A DNA stretch of 63,445 nucleotides from assembly GCA_034717835.1 (NCBI GenBank), contig JAYELZ010000273.1, positions 1 through 63,445 on the forward strand, written 5' to 3'. The notes under the pieces are model-generated. The model worked only from the letters and a program-made list of their open reading frames with translations, did not search any database and was not told the origin of the DNA. Each line of letters begins with the position of its first letter. Within the stretch, counting starts at the first letter, position 1. The stretch comes from Chloroflexota bacterium. GTDB lineage: Bacteria; Chloroflexota; Anaerolineae; B4-G1; SLSP01. The translations under genes were made by a program, and so were the position numbers. Below, piece after piece: positions 10,199 through 18,586 of this stretch.

Positions 10199-11272
10199 TC
10201 ACGCCGGGACGTTTTCGATAATCTGCTGTACTGCGGCGACGTCCAGATCTTTCTTATCTAAGAAGGCCACCGCGCCCGCTTCCAACCCCAGCCGGTGGAA
10301 TTCACGGTCGGGATAGGCACTGATCAAGACGATACGCGCATCGGGGCAGAGAGCTTTGAGACGTCGGGTGCAACGAATGCCATCTTCGTCACCCAAAACT
10401 ACATCCACCAGCACCAAAGATGGGGAAAGCGCTTTAGCCAACCTGACAGCTTCTCCGACACTAGCTGCTTCGTAAACCACTGCTTGGGGATAGGCCCGTC
10501 CGACCATGCGTCGCAATTGAGCGCGGTAGAAATCACTATCATCCACCAATAGCAATGTGAATTGTGAGGGCAAAGCCACCGCACGGGCGGGGGACAAATG
10601 CCGGGGACTTATCTGCCGACCAGAAAACCCCATGATTTCAGGGTGCTCCAGAGCGTATGTAGCCGCTTCCAACCGGCTCTGGACATCCAGGCGCCGGTAG
10701 AGTCCGGTAAGATGATTTTCCACCGTCTTGACGCTCAACCCCAGGCGTTGCGCGATGCTCTGATTATCCAAACCCTCCTGCAGTAGCCGCAATAAATCAT
10801 GTTGACGGGGAGTGAGCGGGGAACGTCGAGGGAGCTGGACAGTATGTTGCACCAACTTATCCAAGAGAGGACTGGAAACCCAGCGCTTCCCCGCCAAAAT
10901 GCGTTGTACTGCCAATTTAAGATCGCTGAGTGGCTGGTCTTTGAGGTGATATCCATCCACGCCGAGACCTAATAATCCCTGCACATAGACATCATCATCG
11001 TAGGCGCTGATGACGAGGATGCGCATTTGAGGATAACGTTCACGGATCTGCCGAATAGCGGCCAGAGGTTCAAATTCCGGCATCTTCACATCGACAATCA
11101 AGAGGTCCGGCTGCTCAGCAGCTAGCGCGGTGCGTAACGCCGTTCCATCGTCGACCTGGCCTACAATTTCCAGTTCGGGGAGCTCTTGCAAGGCATTCAG
11201 GATACCGGCTCGCACAAGAGCATGATCATCCGCCAACAACAGACGAGTTCTATTCATAGCCTTTTTTTGCAT
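10199..11272 (-). CDS. Response regulator with REC - LuxR/NarL HTH - second REC architecture
   Basis: REC1: LLADDHALVRAG...DLLIVDVKMPEF. HTH: LTPRQHDLLRLLQEGLDNQSIAQRLGLSVKTVENHLTGLYRRL. REC2: LLLVDDSDFY...LVLVDVVLGDEDG...FLDKKDL. The start is uncertain (ATG 11272 or 11257; the track gives TTG 11323). Confidence 0.85.
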   Translation of the reverse strand: MQKKAMNRTRLLLADDHALVRAGILNALQELPELEIVGQVDDGTALRTALAAEQPDLLIVDVKMPEFEPLAAIRQIRERYPQMRILVISAYDDDVYVQGLLGLGVDGYHLKDQPLSDLKLAVQRILAGKRWVSSPLLDKLVQHTVQLPRRSPLTPRQHDLLRLLQEGLDNQSIAQRLGLSVKTVENHLTGLYRRLDVQSRLEAATYALEHPEIMGFSGRQISPRHLSPARAVALPSQFTLLLVDDSDFYRAQLRRMVGRAYPQAVVYEAASVGEAVRLAKALSPSLVLVDVVLGDEDGIRCTRRLKALCPDARIVLISAYPDREFHRLGLEAGAVAFLDKKDLDVAAVQQIIENVPA

Positions 11273-11338
11273 TATTATGACCTGAGTGATTGATTTAAGA
11301 GGTGGATGGTAGACGGCAGACAATATGTAATGAACGAG

Positions 11339-12955
11339 CTATTTATGTGCCGAAGGATAGGGGCTAGGAATCTCAATCTCCAACTCCAATCCACCGGTTG
11401 AGGATGTCCGCACGATTAAACTACCGGAGAGCAATGAAACCCGCTCGCTGATGCCCACCAGTCCAAAATGTTTCTGCTCAGTCAAGGCAGCCAAATCCAC
11501 CGGGTCACCCATCCCGTAGCCATTGTCGCTCAAGCGCACCACCAGACCGGCCACATCCGTCCGTTGCAGCGAGAGTCTCACCTGCGTCGCACTGGCATGT
11601 TTCTGGACGTTACGCAAGCCCTCTTGGACAATACGGAAAACTGAAAGCTCGATGGGTTCTGGCAAACGCCCCAAATCAGAAGCAATATCCAGTTTCACCG
11701 CGATACCGCTCCGGGTAGTCCACTGCCCTACCAGTGAGCGGATGGCTGCCGAAAGACCATGGTTGTCAATAGTGGGGGGACGTAGGTCGCTGCATACCTG
11801 GCGCAGGCTCCCTACCACTTGCCGGATACCCTGGCGGATTTGCGCCAGTTCCAAATGCTGGATCTGGGGAGCATTTTCCGCCTCTTCCAGTTGATAATTA
11901 TAGCTCAACAGATCCTGGATGATCTGATCGTGCAGCTCGCGCGCCAGCACTTTACGCTCAGCTTCCCGCTCACTGATCAAACGACGACCAGCCTCCTGCA
12001 ACGCCAAGTTCAAGCCGTCCAGCGCTTCCAGTTGATTATTTAACCGCTCAATTAGCTGACGATTGAGCGAATCCTTCTCTTCCAAACTCTGGCGCAAGGC
12101 TAGTTGATCCTGGCGCAATTTTTCGGCTTGCTGCTGGGCCCGATGGTAGTTCTCGAACGCCCAGATTACCGGCGTGACCCGGGCTTGGCGTTTGGAACCC
12201 ACAATCAACTCTACAATCTCACGGGGAGTAGTCTCAGTGGTACGCCGCAGGGCTAGTTGCTGGCCTTGATATAAGACCAGGATACGATCGGTAACGGAAA
12301 AGATGTGTTCCAGATCATCGCTACTCAAGATGACCGCGACCTGTTGAGACTTCAACGCCGCAATCCATTCCAGTAGCTTCTCCTGACGTACAAAGCTAAG
12401 GGCCTCCAGGGCATCATCCAGCAATAGCAAGCGAGAGGGACGGCAGAATGCCCGCGCCAGAGCCACCACCTGTCTCTGTTCATCGGAGAGATTAGCCGCG
12501 CATTTCCTAAAAAAATCGGGAGACATCTCGAAGGAGGCCAACAAATCGCGCGCTATCGTCAGCATCTCCCCATCTTCGGGCAACAGTCTCAGCCATCCTG
12601 GAGCACGAATCTCGCGTCCCAGGAAAACATTATGCGCCACGTCCATTTCATTAATCAACTGCGGAGCCTGTTGTACTGCGGTAATACCCAAACGTTGGGC
12701 CCGGGCCGCGCTTTTAAGCGCCACGGGATTGCCATCTAGGATAATCTCACCAGCCGAAGGTGTGTAGACGCCACCGAGCAATCGAAAGAGCGTAGATTTA
12801 CCCGCCCCTCGCTGTCCCACCACGCCTAACACTTCGCCTGACGCAAGTGCAAAATTCACATCCACTAATGCCGGCACCGCACCAAAGTAGTGAGAAAGAT
12901 GATTGACTCTAAGAAATTTCGGTTGATCAGTTTTCATAATAAGTAGAACTAGCAC
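11339..12955 (-). CDS. Fusion protein: N-terminal ABC-transporter nucleotide-binding domain + coiled coil + HisKA_3/HATPase_c histidine kinase. No transmembrane segment.
   Basis: Residues 7-255 align without gaps to the first NBD of the adjacent CUT2 ATPase (Walker A GQRGAGKST). Residues 270-330 are heptad-rich. ARELHDQIIQDLL is the HisKA_3 H-box. N-box EGLRNVQKHA, G1 DNGYGM, G2 GLVGISERV. Confidence 0.85.
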   Translation of the reverse strand: MLVLLIMKTDQPKFLRVNHLSHYFGAVPALVDVNFALASGEVLGVVGQRGAGKSTLFRLLGGVYTPSAGEIILDGNPVALKSAARAQRLGITAVQQAPQLINEMDVAHNVFLGREIRAPGWLRLLPEDGEMLTIARDLLASFEMSPDFFRKCAANLSDEQRQVVALARAFCRPSRLLLLDDALEALSFVRQEKLLEWIAALKSQQVAVILSSDDLEHIFSVTDRILVLYQGQQLALRRTTETTPREIVELIVGSKRQARVTPVIWAFENYHRAQQQAEKLRQDQLALRQSLEEKDSLNRQLIERLNNQLEALDGLNLALQEAGRRLISEREAERKVLARELHDQIIQDLLSYNYQLEEAENAPQIQHLELAQIRQGIRQVVGSLRQVCSDLRPPTIDNHGLSAAIRSLVGQWTTRSGIAVKLDIASDLGRLPEPIELSVFRIVQEGLRNVQKHASATQVRLSLQRTDVAGLVVRLSDNGYGMGDPVDLAALTEQKHFGLVGISERVSLLSGSLIVRTSSTGGLELEIEIPSPYPSAHK

Positions 12956-12967
12956 ATTTCTAAGACC

Positions 12968-13031
12968 CTATAAAAGACCGTGCAGATGCCCAATGCGAGA
13001 TCGTCAGCCGAGGGCACCTGCACGAGTTTTT
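12968..13031. terminator. Terminator/attenuator-like hairpin between the permease and NBD-kinase genes
   Basis: cgtgcagatgccc...gggcacctgcacg (13-bp stem, 1 mismatch), with T-rich tracts after it on both strands. Confidence 0.4.
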
Positions 13032-13054
13032 GAAATAGTACGAATAGCTATAAG

Positions 13055-14245
13055 CTAACCCTGCTTGCTGCTATTCCGCGTAGCGACATCAAAGGCCACG
13101 GCAGCTACGAGCACCGCCCCACGCACGACGTACTGATAAGCAATGTCAATGCCCATCAAGTTCATGCCGCTGGTGAGTGACATGTAAACCAGCGCCCCAA
13201 TCAGCGACCCCATGACCTTACCTACACCACCGGCCGCCGAGACGCCGCCGATATACGCCGCCGCGATGGCATCCAGCTCAAACAACGTGCCGGCCGTAGT
13301 GGTGGCAGATTGCAAGCGTGAAGCAAAAAGAATGCCCGATAAAGCAGAAAGCATCCCCATTGAACCAAAGACCATAAAGATAATGTTTTTCACATTGATA
13401 CCACTCAACTCGGCAGCCTCTGGATTACCTCCCACGGCGTAAACATGCCGTCCAATCACCGTTTGCGTGGTGATAAAGTGATAAATTCCCACTACCAACA
13501 ATACTACCACGACGGTCCAAGAAAGGCCATTGTATCCCGCCAGCACCCAGGTAATCAGGGCCATCAACACAGAGACAAAAACCAACTTCAGGATAAATAT
13601 ATTTTGGGGCAAGACCTCAAAATTATAACCTTGTTTCTCTTTGCGGCTACTGAAGGCACTTCTAATGAAAAAGACGATGGCCACGACACCCAACAGCAAA
13701 GTCAGTTTGTGCACCTCTGGCAAGATATTACTCAGGCCAGGAATATCGGGGATGTAACCATTGCCAATAGCATTAAATATCTCATCGTTGATAATGATCG
13801 TCCCAGTGCCCGCCGTGACCAACAGCAAAGCCCCACGATAAATCAACCAGCCAGCCAGAGAAGTCACAAAAGAGGGAATCCCCAACTGTGCCACCGGGAA
13901 AGCGGTGAGCAAGCCCGCCAGCGTCCCGAGCACCAGAGCCAACGGAATGACCACATACACGGGTAAATGCCAGAACGAGAGCGCAATCGCCGCGATCGCC
14001 CCTAGAAAGCCGGAGAGAAAGCCTACCGACAGATCGATATGTTGAATGACAATCACCAATGTCATGCCGACAGCCAATACTGCAATGTAACCCGTCTGGT
14101 TCAACAGGTTACTGATATTACGTGACGAAATAAAAATACCATCCGTGGTGATGGTGAAAATCGCCATAATTACGAACAGGGCAATATACATACCATATTC
14201 GCGGATATTTTCCTTTAAGACCTTCTGCAAGTCCCTAAAAAACAT
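13055..14245 (-). CDS. CUT2-family monosaccharide ABC transporter permease (GguB-like)
   Basis: 396 aa, about 10 hydrophobic segments, between the ATPase and regulator genes. Confidence 0.85.
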   Translation of the reverse strand: MFFRDLQKVLKENIREYGMYIALFVIMAIFTITTDGIFISSRNISNLLNQTGYIAVLAVGMTLVIVIQHIDLSVGFLSGFLGAIAAIALSFWHLPVYVVIPLALVLGTLAGLLTAFPVAQLGIPSFVTSLAGWLIYRGALLLVTAGTGTIIINDEIFNAIGNGYIPDIPGLSNILPEVHKLTLLLGVVAIVFFIRSAFSSRKEKQGYNFEVLPQNIFILKLVFVSVLMALITWVLAGYNGLSWTVVVVLLVVGIYHFITTQTVIGRHVYAVGGNPEAAELSGINVKNIIFMVFGSMGMLSALSGILFASRLQSATTTAGTLFELDAIAAAYIGGVSAAGGVGKVMGSLIGALVYMSLTSGMNLMGIDIAYQYVVRGAVLVAAVAFDVATRNSSKQG

Positions 14246-14256
14246 TTCTAACCTCC

Positions 14257-15780
14257 TCAGTAATCCGTCGCTAGACTCATGATATTTTCTTGAGTAGCTT
14301 CCGCAGCCGGCATCTCTCCAACGATTCTCCCGCCAGAAACGACGTAGATTCTATCGCTCATGCCAAGTATCTCCGGCAACTCAGATGATATCGTGATAAT
14401 ACTCATCCCTTCTTGCACTAACCTATTCATAATCGTATAAATTTCATATTTGGCGCCCACATCAATACCACGGGTGGGTTCATCCAAAATCAATATATCC
14501 GGTTTGACAAACAAGCATTTAGCCAGACTGACTTTCTGCTGATTGCCACCACTTAGATTACTCACCAGCTGTTCAATACTGGGCGTCTTGATAGTCAGAG
14601 AACGCCGATATTCATTCGCCACTTTAATCTCGGCATTGTTATCAATCCTGCCATGATGGGCAATCTCCTGCAAATTCGCCAGAGTGATATTCTGCTTCAC
14701 ATCCTGGATTAGAATCAGACCATCCCCTTTGCGATCCTCTGTGAGGTACACCAACCCCGCCTCAAGTGCATCGTGGGGATGTCCAAACTCTATTGGTTCA
14801 CCCTTTACGAATATCTCCCCGCTAATATGATAATGAGCGGCATTGCCAAACAAGCTTAATGCCAGCTCCGTACGTCCAGCTCCCATCAACCCCGCCAACC
14901 CGACGATTTCACCTTTCTTGACGTTGAAATTGATATCTTTCAGGATTTCTCGTCCCAGTCGCGGATCGTAGGCATGCCAGTTTTTGATCTCGAACGCGAC
15001 CTCTGTGGAAATTTCATGCTCTCTAGGCGGATAGATGTTATCAATTTCTCGTCCTACCATGTGCTTGATCAACGCGGGCTCGGCTACTTCACCGGCACTG
15101 GCATCCAGAGTACAAATAGTCTGTCCATCACGCAAAACAGTGACTGTATCTGCAACATCTATGATCTCTTTCAATTTATGGGAAATCAAGATGCAGGTAA
15201 CCCCTTGTTCACGCTGTTCGCGCAGCAAGCGCAATAAGTTAGCGCTATCATCTTCATTCAAAGCCGCAGTAGGCTCATCTAAAATCAAGATGCTCACATT
15301 ACGATGTAACGCTTTGGCGATTTCCACCAGTTGCTGCTGCCCTACCCCCAAATCCTTGATCTTGGTAGAAGGGTTTATGTCCAATCCGACACGCTTAAGT
15401 ATCGCCGCGGTCTGTTTGATGGTTTCGTTCCAATTAATCGCGAGCCCTTTACTAATCTCTTGACCCAAGAAGATATTCTCATAAACCGGCAATTCAGGAA
15501 TCAGCGCCAATTCCTGGTAAATGATAGCTATGCCGGCTTTTTCGCTCTCGCTAATATGCTTATATTCCTGCACTTCCTCGTGCAACAAAATATCGCCGGT
15601 GTACGATCCAAAAGCGTGTACCCCGCTCAATACTTTCATTAAGGTAGATTTCCCCGCGCCGTTCTCCCCTACCAAGCCATGAATCTCACCCTCAGCAACC
15701 GTAAAACTAACGTTGTCTAGGGCCTTCACGCCGGGGAACTCTTTAGTAATGTTCCGCATCTCCAATATGGGAGCACCCAT
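14257..15780 (-). CDS. CUT2-family sugar ABC transporter ATPase with duplicated NBD (GguA/XylG-like)
   Basis: 507 aa. GENGAGKST, LGVGQQQ, ILILDEPTAAL, ISHKL, and a second NBD with LSGGNQQK, ILILDEPTRGID. Confidence 0.93.
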   Translation of the reverse strand: MGAPILEMRNITKEFPGVKALDNVSFTVAEGEIHGLVGENGAGKSTLMKVLSGVHAFGSYTGDILLHEEVQEYKHISESEKAGIAIIYQELALIPELPVYENIFLGQEISKGLAINWNETIKQTAAILKRVGLDINPSTKIKDLGVGQQQLVEIAKALHRNVSILILDEPTAALNEDDSANLLRLLREQREQGVTCILISHKLKEIIDVADTVTVLRDGQTICTLDASAGEVAEPALIKHMVGREIDNIYPPREHEISTEVAFEIKNWHAYDPRLGREILKDINFNVKKGEIVGLAGLMGAGRTELALSLFGNAAHYHISGEIFVKGEPIEFGHPHDALEAGLVYLTEDRKGDGLILIQDVKQNITLANLQEIAHHGRIDNNAEIKVANEYRRSLTIKTPSIEQLVSNLSGGNQQKVSLAKCLFVKPDILILDEPTRGIDVGAKYEIYTIMNRLVQEGMSIITISSELPEILGMSDRIYVVSGGRIVGEMPAAEATQENIMSLATDY

Positions 15781-15896
15781 AGCGCCTCCGTTTTCTAAAA
15801 TTATACACAGTAAGCTAGCTCAACAGGGACAGTGTTGAAATTAAATCTCCACCACCCCTGCTTTTTCACCTAATTATTATTCGCCAGCTTAGAGAA

Positions 15897-18065
15897 CTAT
15901 TCAAAATCAGCAGCGTCGTAATAACCAGAATCAATCAAGACTTCTTGGACATTATCCGCATCGACTGAAACCACGGCGGATTGAATGGCCGGAACATCAG
16001 TGGCGCCGTTATCATAAGCACCTTTGGCGGTGGGTTCTGCGCCCTGAAGCAGGGCTACTGCCGCGTTGATGGCGTCTTGTACCAGCGTGCGGACGTCTTT
16101 GAAGACCGTCATAGACTGCTTGCCATCCATGATGTATTGCACAGAAGCCTTCTCCGCATCCTGACCGGTGACCAAGTAGCTCGTCACATCTTTGTCCGTC
16201 GCAAACGCATCGGCAATCGCGCGCGCCGTGCCATCGTTCGGAGCCAAGATGAAGACATCGCCCTTGTCCTCGGCTTGCGCCATCGTCAAGTTAGCCTCGG
16301 CCAAGTTCTTGGCCGTGTTGAAGTCCCAGTTGGTGGTGACTTGACCGATAATCTGCGCCTGCTCATCGCGGGTCAGCTCCGCCTTGCCCTGGAGTTCCTC
16401 AGCCGCACTGGAGTTCTTGATAACGAAGGTGCCATCGGCGATTTTGGGTTGGAGTACGCTCCACGCGCCCTGGAAGAAGATGAAGGCGTTGTTATCAGAG
16501 GCGGCACCGGCGTACAGGTAGAGCGGGTTGCCCTGCCCCTCGGCGCCATCCACCAAGTATTGGGCCTGTTGCGCGCCCACCGCGACGCTATCAAAGGTCA
16601 CGTAGTAATTGACGGCATCGGTATCACGGATCAGGCGGTCGTAGGAAATGACCTGGACGCCGGCCTCTGCGGCCGCGTTAGCGGCGGCGGCGGCCGCGGT
16701 GCCATCCTGCGGGCAGATGATCAGCACTTTGACGCCCTTGGTGAGCAACGCCTCGACATTCTCTTTTTCCTTGGCAGAAGAACCCTGGCTGAAGAGAATC
16801 TCCACATCGTAGCCCGCCGTGTCAAAAGCAGCGCGGAAACGCTCTTCATCCTGAATCCAGCGCGGTTCATCTTTCGTCGGGAGCACTACGCCGACCGCCA
16901 GTTTGCCTTCGGGGGGCGTCGCAGCACCTTCGCCTAGCCCGGTGAAGTCGTCAGCGGAATAGTAGCCAGAATCAATCAGAGCAGCTTTGACATTATCCGC
17001 ATCGACTGAAACCACCGCGGATTGAATGGCCGGAACATCGGTGGCACCGTTATTATAGGAGCCGCTGGCCTCGGGGTTCTTGCCCTCAAGCAAGGCTACC
17101 GCCGCATTGATGGCATCCTGTACCAGCGTGCGGACGTCTTTGAAGACGGTCATGGACTGCTTGCCGTCGATGATGTATTGCACAGAAGCCTTCTCTGCAT
17201 CCTGGCCGGTGACCAAGTAGCTCGTTACATCTTTATCCGCCGCAAACGCATCGGCAATCGCGCGCGCCGTGCCATCGTTCGGGGCTAGGATGAAGACATC
17301 GCCCTTGTCCTCGGCTGCCGCAGCAGTCAGGTTGGCCTCGGCCAAGTTCTTGGCCGTGTTGAAGTCCCAGTTGGTGGTGACTTGACCGATAATCTGCGCC
17401 TGCTCATCGCGGCTCAGCTCTGCCTTGCCCTGCAGTTCCTCAGCCGCACTGGAGTTCTTGATGACGAAGGTGCCATCGGCGATTTTGGGTTGGAGTACAC
17501 TCCACGCACCCTGGAAGAAGACGAAGGCGTTGTTATCAGAGGCAGCACCGGCGTACAGGTAGAGCGGGTTGCCCTGCCCCTCGGCGCCATCCACCAAGTA
17601 TTGGGCCTGTTGCGCGCCCACGGCGACGCTATCAAAGGTTACGTAGTAATCTACGGCGTCCGTGTCACGGATCAGGCGGTCGTAGGAGATGACCTTGACG
17701 CCAGCCTCAGCCGCCGCATTAGCCGCCGCCGCTGCCGCCGTGCCATCTTGTGGGCAGATGATGATTACTTCAACGTTCTTGGTGATCAGGGCCTCTACGT
17801 TCTCTTTTTCCTTGGCTGAAGAGCCTTGGCTGAAGAGAATCTCCACATCGTAGCCCGCCTCACCTAGCATCTCGCGGAAGCGCGTCTCATCCTGAATCCA
17901 GCGCGGCTCATCTTTTGTCGGGAGCACTACGCCGACCGCCAATTTCTCGGCTGGCTCGTTATCCGCAGGAGCCTCGGTGGCCTTTTCAGCTCCGCCGCAA
18001 GCAGTCAGGAGCATTGAAGCCAAAACTAGAATTGTCAAAACAGCAAACAGATTTTTCTTAAACAT
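15897..18065 (-). CDS. Sugar-binding lipoprotein made of two complete tandem ChvE-like periplasmic-binding modules
   Basis: 722 aa with lipobox LLTACGG. Residues 41-375 and 388-722 are near-identical full PBP type-I modules (KLAVGVVLPTKDEPRWIQDE...). Confidence 0.9.
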   Translation of the reverse strand: MFKKNLFAVLTILVLASMLLTACGGAEKATEAPADNEPAEKLAVGVVLPTKDEPRWIQDETRFREMLGEAGYDVEILFSQGSSAKEKENVEALITKNVEVIIICPQDGTAAAAAANAAAEAGVKVISYDRLIRDTDAVDYYVTFDSVAVGAQQAQYLVDGAEGQGNPLYLYAGAASDNNAFVFFQGAWSVLQPKIADGTFVIKNSSAAEELQGKAELSRDEQAQIIGQVTTNWDFNTAKNLAEANLTAAAAEDKGDVFILAPNDGTARAIADAFAADKDVTSYLVTGQDAEKASVQYIIDGKQSMTVFKDVRTLVQDAINAAVALLEGKNPEASGSYNNGATDVPAIQSAVVSVDADNVKAALIDSGYYSADDFTGLGEGAATPPEGKLAVGVVLPTKDEPRWIQDEERFRAAFDTAGYDVEILFSQGSSAKEKENVEALLTKGVKVLIICPQDGTAAAAAANAAAEAGVQVISYDRLIRDTDAVNYYVTFDSVAVGAQQAQYLVDGAEGQGNPLYLYAGAASDNNAFIFFQGAWSVLQPKIADGTFVIKNSSAAEELQGKAELTRDEQAQIIGQVTTNWDFNTAKNLAEANLTMAQAEDKGDVFILAPNDGTARAIADAFATDKDVTSYLVTGQDAEKASVQYIMDGKQSMTVFKDVRTLVQDAINAAVALLQGAEPTAKGAYDNGATDVPAIQSAVVSVDADNVQEVLIDSGYYDAADFE
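15900..17945 (-). repeat. In-frame tandem duplication, period 1041 nt (347 codons), inside the binding-protein gene
   Basis: Copy 15900-16904 against copy 16941-17945, roughly 90% nt identity by eye, with a 36-nt linker (GLGEGAATPPEG). Confidence 0.9.
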
Positions 18066-18258
18066 ATTTATCCTCCCTAAGGATTAGCTCATAAATGGGT
18101 AAAATCAATCGAGATTCTTCTCTACGCGGGGTTAGATCTTCTATAACTTATTTTCTAGTTTACCTCCTATTCTTCATTAGACATGTTAAATGATAGCATA
18201 GGAACAGCCCCGAATCAATCCACTTTCCCCTTCTCGAGCTAGTGTTTACCCCCACGCT

Positions 18259-18282
18259 CTATTAGGGGGAATCCCCTAATAG
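18259..18282. promoter_or_regulatory. Perfect palindrome in the divergent promoter region (candidate operator)
   Basis: CTATTAGGGG-gaat-CCCCTAATAG, about 195 nt upstream of the binding-protein gene. Confidence 0.25.
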
Positions 18283-18586
18283 ATTTTACGACCAACAACC
18301 CAACTCTTTTGCTTAGCGTCTGGACAGCTTAGCGGAGAACTAATTTTAGGCAATGAGAGCGACATTTTTCTCTGTATGGCTCTGGGTAAAACGTTACTAC
18401 TGCCCCGCTACCTGATTTGACAAACTTGAAGACCACTCATAGAATTGCCAAGTGCTATCTCATGTTTTTTCTGGCTCAAAAAGTATACTTTATTCCCATT
18501 ACCCCCAAAGGAGGTGCTGCGCTAAGCTATTTAACCTAGAGAGCTCTCTTCATGCAAACTATTTAACTAATTTTCAGGAGGAAGAA

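Noticed and set aside
15981-17819. Long plus-strand ORFs (318, 88 and 145 aa) inside the binding-protein gene
   Set aside because: They are antisense shadows of a GC-rich, strongly supported minus-strand gene. They are Arg/Gly-rich, have no motifs, and are duplicated only because the sense gene is.
15900-17945. Diversity-generating retroelement (template/variable repeat) explanation for the 1041-nt duplication
   Set aside because: The differences between copies are not adenine-specific. No reverse transcriptase is nearby, and both copies are full in-frame protein modules.
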